This document shows, piece by piece, positions 1-8,708 of a stretch of DNA of 64,000 nt. Position 1 is the stretch's first letter; every line of letters starts with the position of its first letter. The stretch is from contig CAYUEG010000001.1 of the NCBI GenBank assembly GCA_964443245.1, positions 34,526 to 98,525 of the forward strand, given 5' to 3'. The stretch comes from an uncultured Burkholderiales bacterium (GTDB lineage Bacteria > Pseudomonadota > Gammaproteobacteria > Burkholderiales > JAEUOS01). The notes under the pieces are model-generated. The model saw only the letters and a list, made by a program, of their open reading frames with translations, made no database searches and was not told the origin of the DNA. The position numbers and the translations under genes were made by a program.

Positions 1-207
1 GCCGATGCCAAGCGCCGGCGCAAGCGGGTGCCACTGCTGGTAGCCAATCTGGCGCAGGCTGCGTTTGGCGCTGACGAAAACGAGATCGTGCTGCTTGACG
101 ACGCAGGGAACCACCCGCTGCCGCGCGCACCCAAGGGGCTGCTGGCCCGACAGATCGTGGCGGCCATCGCCCGTAGCCTCGCCCCTGCCGTGCCACGCAG
201 CGCATGA
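1..207 (+). CDS. coaBC: 3' end of phosphopantothenoylcysteine decarboxylase/phosphopantothenate-cysteine ligase (partial, runs off the window)
   Basis: Frame 1 is open from base 1 to TGA 205-207. The translation ...RVPLLVANLAQAAFGADENEIVLLDDAGNHPLPRAPKGLLARQIVAAIARSL resembles the CoaBC/Dfp C-terminus. ATGA overlap with the next gene. Confidence 0.55.
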   Translation, partial: ADAKRRRKRVPLLVANLAQAAFGADENEIVLLDDAGNHPLPRAPKGLLARQIVAAIARSLAPAVPRSA

Positions 208-1244
208 AGCTCTCGGTACTCGATCAGTCCCCCGTCATCAGTGGCAGCAGTGCTGCCGACGCAATTGCCGCCACGCTGGACCTGGCTCAGGCCGCGGAAA
301 CCCTTGGCTACCAACGCTTCTGGCTTGCCGAGCATCATGGGCTGCACAGCCTTGCCGACCCGTGCCCGGAGATTTTGCTCGCCCGCATCGGCAGCCTGAC
401 CAAGACGATCCGCATTGGCACCGGGGGCATTCTGCTGCCTTACTACGCGCCATTCAAGGTGGCCGAGCAGTTTCGCATGCTCGAAACGTTGTTTCCGAAC
501 CGGCTGGACCTGGGCGTAGGACGCGCTCCGGGTGGTGACCTGAAAACGGCCCGGGCCGTGAGCGGCTGGACAACCGGTGGCCAGTATGATGCCGCCGAAC
601 GGTTTGCCCAGCAGGTGGCCGAACTGGTTGGACTGCTGGACGGTGCCCTGCCCCCTGATCATCCATACGCCGAAGTGGCCTTGCAACCGGATGGCGCCAC
701 CGCACCGCAGATCTGGATTCTCGGCTCCTCCGACTATGGTGGGGCGCTGGCGGCGCACATGGGGTTGCGATTTGCCTTCGCCCATTTCATCAATGCCTTC
801 GGCGGACAACCCGTCGCCACAGCCTATCGCGAGCAGTTCCAGTCTGCACCGCACGCTGCCAACAGTCGCGGTGCCGTCACACCTGTGCCTCACCATGCGC
901 TTGCCGTATTCGCGATCTGCGCAGAAACCGAAGCCGAAGCGGAGGCCTATGCTAAGGCCGTTGACGTACGACGTCTGCAGATGGCGTATGGCCTGAATGC
1001 GCCGATTCCTTCGCTGGGTGATGCTGCCGCGCGCCTGGCGCATTTGTCGGAGCGGGATCGCGCCATCATCGAGGCGGAACGGCCGCGCTCCATCATCGGT
1101 ACTCCGGGCATGGTGGCCGATCGCATCAGCGAACTGGCCGAGCTGTTTGCTGCAGACGAAGTCGTGGTGTTGAGCGTCGCGCCCGATTACGGCGTGCGAC
1201 TCAAATCCTATGAACTGCTCGCCGAGGCCTTGGGCACCACTTGA
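204..1244 (+). CDS. LLM-class (luciferase-like) flavin-dependent oxidoreductase
   Basis: 346 aa. The N-terminus MKLSVLDQSPV...AETLGYQRFWLAEHH and overall layout are typical of the luciferase-like monooxygenase family. ATG at 204. Confidence 0.8.
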   Translation: MKLSVLDQSPVISGSSAADAIAATLDLAQAAETLGYQRFWLAEHHGLHSLADPCPEILLARIGSLTKTIRIGTGGILLPYYAPFKVAEQFRMLETLFPNRLDLGVGRAPGGDLKTARAVSGWTTGGQYDAAERFAQQVAELVGLLDGALPPDHPYAEVALQPDGATAPQIWILGSSDYGGALAAHMGLRFAFAHFINAFGGQPVATAYREQFQSAPHAANSRGAVTPVPHHALAVFAICAETEAEAEAYAKAVDVRRLQMAYGLNAPIPSLGDAAARLAHLSERDRAIIEAERPRSIIGTPGMVADRISELAELFAADEVVVLSVAPDYGVRLKSYELLAEALGTT

Positions 1245-1284
1245 AGCAGCAACCCTTTCAACCACTCGCCAAGCCGCCCGGACC

Positions 1285-2820
1285 ATGACAGCCGCCATTT
1301 GCTTCGGCAACAGAATCATTCCGCCTTCCGAAATCGAAGCAGGTGCTGAGCAGTGCGCTGGCGGCCTTGCTCAGTTGGGCGTTGGCACGGACGATGTGGT
1401 GGCCATCATGCTGCGCAACTCGCCCGCTTTTGTTCAATTGATGCTGGCGGCGCGGCGCATCGGGGCCTACCACTGCCCCATCAACTGGCACTTCAAGGCT
1501 GCTGAGGCCGCCCACATCCTGCGCGACTCGGGCGCCAAAGTCCTGTTCATTCATGCCGACTTGTTGCCACAGATCGAAGCCGGGTTGCCAGCAAGCTTGC
1601 CTGTTGTCCTTGTTCGACCGGACGACACGCTGATTCAGGCGTTCAATCTGGACTCTGCGGCCTGGTCCGCCGACGCAGTTTCCTGGGAGGCGTGGCTTGG
1701 AGCGCAGCCCCGCCACAGCGGCAGCCCCCAGATTCCGCGCGGCAACATGGCTTACACCTCCGGTACCACCGGCCTGCCAAAAGGCGTGCGACGTCTGCCG
1801 CCTCCTCCCGAAAAGGCGCCCGCGGCCGCGGCAGCACTGGCGGCGCTCAACCTGGAAATCAACGGGATCGGACCAGGGATGCGCACATTGGTCTCCGCAC
1901 CGCTGTACCACAGTGCTCCGAACGCCTATTCCCTGTTTTCGACAATTGCTGGCGAGCTGGTTGTGCTTGAACCGCGCTTCGACGCCGAACGCACATTGGC
2001 ACTCATTGAAGCGCATCAACTGGCCCAGGCGTATCTGGTTCCAACCATGTTTGTGCGCATGCTGCGGCTCCCCTCAGCGATCCGCAGCCGCCACAAACTC
2101 ACCTCGATGCGGTTTGTCGCCTCCACCGGATCACCCTGCGCACCAGACGTCAAACGCGCCATGATCGAATGGTGGGGACCGGTGATCCATGAGAGCTATG
2201 CCTCCAGCGAAGCCGGCTACATCACCCATATCTCTTCTGAAGAATGGCTGCGCAAGCCCGGCTCGGCCGGCCGGCCGGCTTCCGGCGCCATCGTGCGCAT
2301 CATGGACGAGAACGGCAATTCGCTCCCCAGCGGAGAGGTCGGACTGATCTATGTTCGCCAGCCCGCCTACTCGGATTTCTCCTACAACCACCAGGCCGAT
2401 GCGCGCAAGGCGCTGGAGCGCGACGGGCTCTGGAGTGTCGGCGACATGGGGTATCTGGATGCAGACGGCTACCTGTTCATCAGCGACCGCAAGTCCGACA
2501 TGGTGATTTCAGGCGGAGTCAACATCTATCCGGCCGAAATTGAAGCCACCCTGATCAACATGGAAGGCGTGGCCGATTGCGCCGTCTTCGGCATCCCTGA
2601 TGAGGAATTTGGCGAAGCGCTGGCTGCCGCAGTACAAGTGCATGACGGTGTCGCACTGGATCAATCAGCCGTACGACAGTTCATCGCCAGCCGCATGGCC
2701 AGTTACAAGGTGCCCAAGATTGTCACCTTTCATGCTGCCTTGCCGCGCGAAGAGAGTGGCAAGATTTTCAAACGACGTTTGCGTGCGCCCTACTGGGAGA
2801 ATACGCAACGCAAGATCTGA
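1285..2820 (+). CDS. AMP-dependent acyl-CoA synthetase/ligase
   Basis: AMP-binding signature YTSGTTGLPKGV, and GDMGYLDADGYLFISDRKSDMVISGGVNIYPAEIE. I chose the internal ATG at 1285; the ORF-track start at 1210 overlaps the upstream gene. Confidence 0.85.
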   Translation: MTAAICFGNRIIPPSEIEAGAEQCAGGLAQLGVGTDDVVAIMLRNSPAFVQLMLAARRIGAYHCPINWHFKAAEAAHILRDSGAKVLFIHADLLPQIEAGLPASLPVVLVRPDDTLIQAFNLDSAAWSADAVSWEAWLGAQPRHSGSPQIPRGNMAYTSGTTGLPKGVRRLPPPPEKAPAAAAALAALNLEINGIGPGMRTLVSAPLYHSAPNAYSLFSTIAGELVVLEPRFDAERTLALIEAHQLAQAYLVPTMFVRMLRLPSAIRSRHKLTSMRFVASTGSPCAPDVKRAMIEWWGPVIHESYASSEAGYITHISSEEWLRKPGSAGRPASGAIVRIMDENGNSLPSGEVGLIYVRQPAYSDFSYNHQADARKALERDGLWSVGDMGYLDADGYLFISDRKSDMVISGGVNIYPAEIEATLINMEGVADCAVFGIPDEEFGEALAAAVQVHDGVALDQSAVRQFIASRMASYKVPKIVTFHAALPREESGKIFKRRLRAPYWENTQRKI

Positions 2821-2941
2821 CGTTGGGGGCTTGGTGCACTCCTTTCACTGGCAGTTCCACAGCACTTTCTTCTCATTTCCATGATCAGAGAAGGCGAGCT
2901 CGCTCCCGTTTGATCAAAACCACCACAGGAACAGCATCGAC

Positions 2942-4714
2942 ATGCCAGCCGTCGACTCCACGATCACTTATCGTCTGTTTTGTAGCGATCCGCGCGCGCA
3001 TCTGTTTCGCGTCGTCCTCACCGTGCACCATCCGGACCCGGCCGGCTGCGTGCTGTCGCTCCCGGCCTGGATTCCGGGAAGCTACATGATTCGCGAATTC
3101 GCCCGCAACATCGGGCCCATTCGCGCACGAAGCGGGCGGCGCAGCGTCGCATTGACGAAGGTCGATAAGCACACTTGGCATGCCGCCGCGTGCGACGGCG
3201 CCCTGGAGGTGGAATACGAAGTCTATGCCTGGGACCTCTCCGTACGTTCCGCACACCTGGACGAGAGCCATGCATTCTTTAACGGTTCGAGTGTGTTTCT
3301 GAGCGTCCATGGCCATGAGCAGGCGCGCCACCTCGTGCAATTGGTACGGCCGGCCGGAAGACGGTATGCCAATTGGGCTGTCGCTACAACGCTTGCGAGA
3401 GCGCCGGCCACACGAGATCGCGGCTTTGGCAGCTATTACGCCAACAGCTACGATGAACTGATCGACCATCCGGTCGAAATGGGCCAGTTCACGTGGGCCA
3501 CGTTTGAAGCCTGTGGCGTGCCCCATGCCGTCGCCATCACCGGACTGCACGATTGCGATACCCAACGCCTGTGTGCCGATCTGAAAAAGGTGTGCGAAAC
3601 GCAGATCCGCTTCTTCCATGGGCCGCAAGCGTCACATCAATCCCCACCATTCTCGCGCTATCTGTTCCTCGTCATGGCGGTGGGCGAGGGGTATGGTGGG
3701 CTGGAACATCGCAGCTCGACGGCGCTCCTGTGCTCCCGCAATGATCTGCCTTTTCCCTCAATGGGCGCTGCAACGGAGGCCTATCGCGGTTTTCTCGGCT
3801 TATGCAGCCATGAGTATTTTCATGCGTGGAATGTCAAGCAACTGAAGCCGGCCGTCTTTGCGCCGTACGATCTGACGCGCGAGAACTACACGCGTCTGCT
3901 GTGGGCCTTTGAAGGCATTACCAGCTATTACGATGACGTCATGCTGTTACGGGCGGGGGTGATCTCCAGACAGGAATATCTGGACACGCTGGCGCGTGCG
4001 ATACGCGGGGTGCTACGCGGCGCTGGCAGACTCAAGCAATCGGTGGCCGAATCCAGTTTTGACGCCTGGATCAAGTACTACCGGCAGGACGAGAACGCTC
4101 CCAATTCGGTGGTGAGCTACTACACCAAGGGCGCATTGGTCGCCCTGTGCATCGACCTGATGCTGCGGCAGGCCTCGGATGGCAGGCGGTCACTGGATGA
4201 TGTGATGCGCAAGCTGTGGCGCGAGCATGGCGCAACTGGCCAGGGAGTGCCGGAAGCGGGCGTCGAATCAGCGGTACTGGACGTAGCGACTCCCGGGTTG
4301 CGCCGTCGCATGGCGCGGTTTCTCCGCGATGCCGTTCATGGCACGACCGAGTTGCCCCTCAAAGCGCTATTGAAAACGGCGGGTTTTGATCTGCGCGTCT
4401 CACCGGGGGTAGCAAATGCGCTCGGCGCGCGCACAGCCCGCAGTGCCGGCGGCGTCAAGCTGACCCACGTGCTTGACCAAGGTGCAGCGCAGCGCGCCGG
4501 CCTTTCGGCGGGCGACGAAGTCATTGCCTTGAATGGAATCCGGGTCAGCGCCGACACCTTCGAGGGCTTGCTCGCCCGTCTGCCGAAACAGGCTCGGATC
4601 GACGTGCACGCATTCCGGCGCGACGAACTCATCACGCGGGTGCTCACGCCAAGCGAAGGCGAAATCGAGGTCTCGCTGAAGCCTGTTGAGGCTGTGGGTA
4701 CCTCTAGAGATTGA
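2942..4714 (+). CDS. M61 family metallopeptidase with C-terminal PDZ domain
   Basis: 590 aa. HExxH zinc motif within CSHEYFHAWNVK, and a PDZ-like GLSAGDEVIALNG near the C-terminus. Confidence 0.8.
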   Translation: MPAVDSTITYRLFCSDPRAHLFRVVLTVHHPDPAGCVLSLPAWIPGSYMIREFARNIGPIRARSGRRSVALTKVDKHTWHAAACDGALEVEYEVYAWDLSVRSAHLDESHAFFNGSSVFLSVHGHEQARHLVQLVRPAGRRYANWAVATTLARAPATRDRGFGSYYANSYDELIDHPVEMGQFTWATFEACGVPHAVAITGLHDCDTQRLCADLKKVCETQIRFFHGPQASHQSPPFSRYLFLVMAVGEGYGGLEHRSSTALLCSRNDLPFPSMGAATEAYRGFLGLCSHEYFHAWNVKQLKPAVFAPYDLTRENYTRLLWAFEGITSYYDDVMLLRAGVISRQEYLDTLARAIRGVLRGAGRLKQSVAESSFDAWIKYYRQDENAPNSVVSYYTKGALVALCIDLMLRQASDGRRSLDDVMRKLWREHGATGQGVPEAGVESAVLDVATPGLRRRMARFLRDAVHGTTELPLKALLKTAGFDLRVSPGVANALGARTARSAGGVKLTHVLDQGAAQRAGLSAGDEVIALNGIRVSADTFEGLLARLPKQARIDVHAFRRDELITRVLTPSEGEIEVSLKPVEAVGTSRD

Positions 4715-6296
4715 CGCCCGGTATCCGCGACAGATCCACTTCGTCAATCTGCTCCGGGTTGAGAAACTCTTCGGCGTACTTGAGGTAAACCTTTTCCCGG
4801 ATGAACACATCGAAGAGATCCGGGTCCACATGGCCGTTGAGCTTGAACTTTCCGAGAATCTCGAGCGATTCGGTAAGCGTCTTGCCCTTCTTGTAGGGTC
4901 GATCGCGTGCAGTCAGGGCCTCAAAAATGTCCGCAATTCCCATGACCCGTGCCTGCACGCTCATCTGGTCGCGCTTCAAGCCCTTCGGATAACCCTTGCC
5001 ATCCATGCGCTCGTGGTGGCCTCCGGCATACTCCGGAACATTCTTCAGGTGCTTTGGCCAAGGCAGGGTCTCGAGCATCTTGATCGTGGCCACGATGTGG
5101 TTGTTGATCACTTCCCGTTCTTCTGCGGTGAGCGTACCTGCCCGTATCGTCAGGTTCTTCAGTTCGTCAGGTGAAAGAAAATCGCTCTCTGCGCCAGAAA
5201 CGTCGCGCCAGCGGTAGCCGGCAATGCGCTTGACGCGGGCAATGTCGTCTTCCTTCATGAACTCGCCACCGACATTGGCACGACGCAGGAACGCACGATC
5301 CTCCTCGATCAACTGCAGTTTTTCGTCAGCCGCCGCCCGGGTCATCTCGCCCTTGAGGACGGCAATTTCGATATCGCGCTTGAGCACTTCAAAACGCGTA
5401 TCGACCATATGTATCCGGTCGAATATGGTCTCCAGCTTGGTGGCCTTGTCAACCACATGCACCGGGGTCGTGACCTTGCCACAGTCGTGGAGCAGCCCGG
5501 CGATCTTGAGTTCGTAACGATCGCGGTCGGTCATCGTGAAGTCCTTGAGCGGACCCACGTCGGTATTGTTTACAGCCTCGGCCAGCATCATGGTCAGGCT
5601 GGGTACCCGCTGGCAATGCCCGCCGGTGTAGGGTGACTTCTCGTCAATGGCAGTGTTCATCACGTTGATGAACGACTCAAAGAGTTGCTCCAGCTGCAGA
5701 ATCAGGTTGCGATTGGTCAGTGCGATCGCCGCCTGCGAAGCCAGGCTCTCCGCCAATCGCTGATCAGCATCCGAAAAGGTCGTGACCTTGCCGGTCACCG
5801 GATCCAGACGGTTGAGTAACTGCAAAACACCGATGATCTCGTTCTCATGATCCCGCATGGGGATGGTGAGAAACGAAGTCGAGCGGTAGCCCGTCTTCTT
5901 GTCGAACGCGCGGGTGCCGGTGAAATCGAAGCCTTCCGCCGTATAGGCATCCGCAATGTTGACAGTATCACCCGTGAGGGCGGCATAGGCTGCCACCATG
6001 TTCCGGTTGGGCTTGCCATCATCCTCGTACAGCTTGATCGGATAAAACGTAATCGGACTTCCCGACGTGCCGCCGAGATGGATGTTCAACGAATCGTTGA
6101 GCAGGATTTCGAAGTTGAGTTTGTCACCATCGATGACCCGATACAGGGTACCGCCATCTGCCTGAGTGATGTGCTTCGCCGCTTGCAGAATCTTGTCAAG
6201 GAGCGCGTTGATATCACGCTCCTGCGACAGGGCCGCCCCCACCGCATTGAGTTGTTCAAGCCGCCTGAACAGCTCCTCGACTGAAACCGAAGTCAC
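4704..6296 (-). CDS. GAF domain-containing HD-GYP phosphodiesterase (predicted c-di-GMP hydrolase)
   Basis: N-terminal GAF (FDKKTGYRSTSFLTIPM...EIIGVLQLLN), an HD motif (LLHDCGK) and GGHHERMDGKGYPKG. GTG start at 6296 overlaps the upstream stop (GTGA). Confidence 0.85.
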   Translation of the reverse strand: MTSVSVEELFRRLEQLNAVGAALSQERDINALLDKILQAAKHITQADGGTLYRVIDGDKLNFEILLNDSLNIHLGGTSGSPITFYPIKLYEDDGKPNRNMVAAYAALTGDTVNIADAYTAEGFDFTGTRAFDKKTGYRSTSFLTIPMRDHENEIIGVLQLLNRLDPVTGKVTTFSDADQRLAESLASQAAIALTNRNLILQLEQLFESFINVMNTAIDEKSPYTGGHCQRVPSLTMMLAEAVNNTDVGPLKDFTMTDRDRYELKIAGLLHDCGKVTTPVHVVDKATKLETIFDRIHMVDTRFEVLKRDIEIAVLKGEMTRAAADEKLQLIEEDRAFLRRANVGGEFMKEDDIARVKRIAGYRWRDVSGAESDFLSPDELKNLTIRAGTLTAEEREVINNHIVATIKMLETLPWPKHLKNVPEYAGGHHERMDGKGYPKGLKRDQMSVQARVMGIADIFEALTARDRPYKKGKTLTESLEILGKFKLNGHVDPDLFDVFIREKVYLKYAEEFLNPEQIDEVDLSRIPGVNL

Positions 6297-8668
6297 TTGA
6301 TGCAGACTGCCCTAACTTGTTTGAGATCGGTCAGGCCCATCAGGACCTTCTCCATGCCATCCATCTTCAGCGTGTTCATGCCCTCTTCCACGGCAGCAGT
6401 GAACAAGGCGGCCACACGCGCCTTCTCCTGAATCATTTTCTTCAACACCTCGGTGGCGATCATCAACTCGTGCAAACCCGCGCGGCCGCGATACCCGGTG
6501 TTGGAGCACTTCTCGCAACCCTTGGGGCGATACAGGGTCAGCTTGCCATCCTTGCCGTACTCCTCAATCCAGCGATCGTAGAGCTTCTTGAATTGACCTT
6601 GGGGATCCGCTTTCCAGACCGGTGTCTTGACAAGTTCTTCCGCGTATTCGGTGATGAACTGCTTGAGTTCGGTTGCATCCGGATGGTAGGGCTCCTTGCA
6701 ATCCGAGCACAGGCGCTTGGCAAGACGCTGGGCCAGGATCCCCAGGAGCGCATCCCCGAAGTTGAAGGGGTCGCAGCCCATGTCGAGCAGGCGGATGACG
6801 GCCTCTGGCGCGCTGTTGGTGTGCAGCGTAGCGAACACCAGGTGGCCGGTGAGCGATGCTTCGATGCCGGTGTTGGTCGTCTCGGCATCGCGCATCTCAC
6901 CCACCATGATGATGTCCGGATCGGCGCGCAGGAAAGCCTTCATGACGACTGCGAAGTCGAGGCCTGCCTTCTTGTTTACCTGCACCTGGCGCAGGCCCTT
7001 TTGCGTAATCTCGACCGGATCCTCGGCAGTCCAGATCTTGGTGTCAACGGTGTTCAGAAAGCCGAGCACGGAGTGCAGTGTTGTGGTCTTGCCGGAACCG
7101 GTCGGGCCGCAAACAAAAAACAGCCCATACGGCTTGCTTACCGTCTTCTTGAGGTTCTCGCTGTTGTATTTGGTCAGCCCCAGCTTGTCGATCGGGATGG
7201 GTTCACCCGCGGCAAGGATACGCATGACCACGTCTTCGACACCACCCTGGGTCGGGATCGTCGCGACTCGCAGCTCGATATCGAGCGGGCCAAACTTCTT
7301 GAACTTGATCTTGCCGTCCTGCGGCTTGCGCTTTTCCGAAATGTCGAGATCGCACATGATCTTCAGACGTGCCGCAATGGCCGCACGATAGCTGGCGGGT
7401 ATCTCGATGTAGTTCATCAGAGAGCCGTCCTTGCGAAACCGGATCTCGGTCTTTGCCTTGCCAGGATAGGGCTCGATATGGATGTCCGACACACCCATGT
7501 TGTAGGCGTCGACAATGATCTTGTTGACCAGCTTGACGAGTTCATTGTCGGCCGCAGCATCGACGTCATCGGTGGAATTGCCGAGAGAATCCACCGCTTC
7601 ATCGTCCCCCATGCCAGACAGCAGGTCATCGATAGAGCTGGCATCCGCCACCTCGCCAAAGAAACTCGCGAGCGTCTGCTTGAACTCAATACGTGTCGTG
7701 ACGCGATAGGCAATCTTCATTGCCCGCGGAAACACGTTGTTGACGATGCGCGAACTCTTGACCCGCTCCGGATCAAGACACATCACCACAAGCCCTTCCT
7801 TGGCGTCGTCAATCGGAATCCATTCGCTGGACTCGACATAATCACGCTTCAGGTTCTTGAGCAGGTCCATCGGCTTGATGCGGTCTGCCTTGAACGGCTC
7901 ATAGGGCACACCAAAAAACTTTGACAGTCCTGCCCCGATGGCGGGAATCTTGACCTGAAATTCGGTGGTCAGTACCTCTTCGATATCGATGCCCTTGCGT
8001 CGTGCCGAACGCGTCGCCAGATCAAACTCCTGTGCCGACAGTACTGCATCCGCGACCAGATAGTCATACTTGGTTTTGACGGGCTGCGCCGATTTCTGCC
8101 GCTGACGAAAGGCAATCGCCAGAGTTTGGGTCAACCCGGCAACGCCCTCCTCTTCCAGTGCACTGAACGGCTGACCCGACTTGTTGTTGATGATCTGGAC
8201 AACACCAATCAATTCATTGGCCTGAGCGTCCACAATCGGTGCAACCAGCATCTGCTTGGTGCGGTAACCGGTTCGCTTGTCCACCTCCTGCAGAAAGCGC
8301 AAGTTTGGATTATGCGATTTCAGCTCTGCTTCGTCGTACACGTCCTTGATGTTGATGACTTTCTTGGACAAAGCCACATAACCGGCAATGCTCTGCTCGG
8401 CGATGGGCAGTTTCAAGTCCTTGAACGAATTCAGCCCCGTCTTGACCTTCGAAACAATCGAAGCCTTGTCCTCGCCCATCGAGTAGATTGTCAGGCGATC
8501 AGCATTGAACAGGGTGCAGATCTCCTGACTGACCTCCAACATGATCTCGTCGACGTTGTTGGTCGCATGGATCCGGTTGGTGACAGTCTGCAGGTTCTTC
8601 TGAAAATTCAGTTTCAGATTGACATCCGGCGCCTGCGCCGCCGGTTTCGGACTCAACACTGCGCTCAT
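6293..8668 (-). CDS. GspE/PilB-family secretion-type ATPase with N-terminal GAF domain
   Basis: Walker A GPTGSGKT (7085-7108), Walker B DPDIIMVGEMRD, His box GHLVFATLHTNSA, and a CSDC...CEKC zinc motif. T2SSE_N-like segment at aa ~200-310 and GAF at aa ~40-188 (VDKRTGYRTKQMLVAPI). ATG at 8668 preceded by GAGGTGG. Confidence 0.85.
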   Translation of the reverse strand: MSAVLSPKPAAQAPDVNLKLNFQKNLQTVTNRIHATNNVDEIMLEVSQEICTLFNADRLTIYSMGEDKASIVSKVKTGLNSFKDLKLPIAEQSIAGYVALSKKVINIKDVYDEAELKSHNPNLRFLQEVDKRTGYRTKQMLVAPIVDAQANELIGVVQIINNKSGQPFSALEEEGVAGLTQTLAIAFRQRQKSAQPVKTKYDYLVADAVLSAQEFDLATRSARRKGIDIEEVLTTEFQVKIPAIGAGLSKFFGVPYEPFKADRIKPMDLLKNLKRDYVESSEWIPIDDAKEGLVVMCLDPERVKSSRIVNNVFPRAMKIAYRVTTRIEFKQTLASFFGEVADASSIDDLLSGMGDDEAVDSLGNSTDDVDAAADNELVKLVNKIIVDAYNMGVSDIHIEPYPGKAKTEIRFRKDGSLMNYIEIPASYRAAIAARLKIMCDLDISEKRKPQDGKIKFKKFGPLDIELRVATIPTQGGVEDVVMRILAAGEPIPIDKLGLTKYNSENLKKTVSKPYGLFFVCGPTGSGKTTTLHSVLGFLNTVDTKIWTAEDPVEITQKGLRQVQVNKKAGLDFAVVMKAFLRADPDIIMVGEMRDAETTNTGIEASLTGHLVFATLHTNSAPEAVIRLLDMGCDPFNFGDALLGILAQRLAKRLCSDCKEPYHPDATELKQFITEYAEELVKTPVWKADPQGQFKKLYDRWIEEYGKDGKLTLYRPKGCEKCSNTGYRGRAGLHELMIATEVLKKMIQEKARVAALFTAAVEEGMNTLKMDGMEKVLMGLTDLKQVRAVCIK

Positions 8669-8708
8669 AACCACCTCACGCGATGACAGCTTTTCGTTTG
8701 ACCAAAAT

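Noticed and set aside
1210-1284. Longer 5' extension of the acyl-CoA ligase ORF overlapping the LLM gene by 35 nt
   Set aside because: The extension encodes non-conserved, Pro/Ala/Thr-rich sequence. The ATG at 1285 gives a conventional N-terminus just after the upstream stop.
6317-7924. 535-aa ORF antisense to the GAF-GspE ATPase
   Set aside because: The opposite strand carries complete Walker A, Walker B and His-box motifs, while the antisense translation has no recognisable features.
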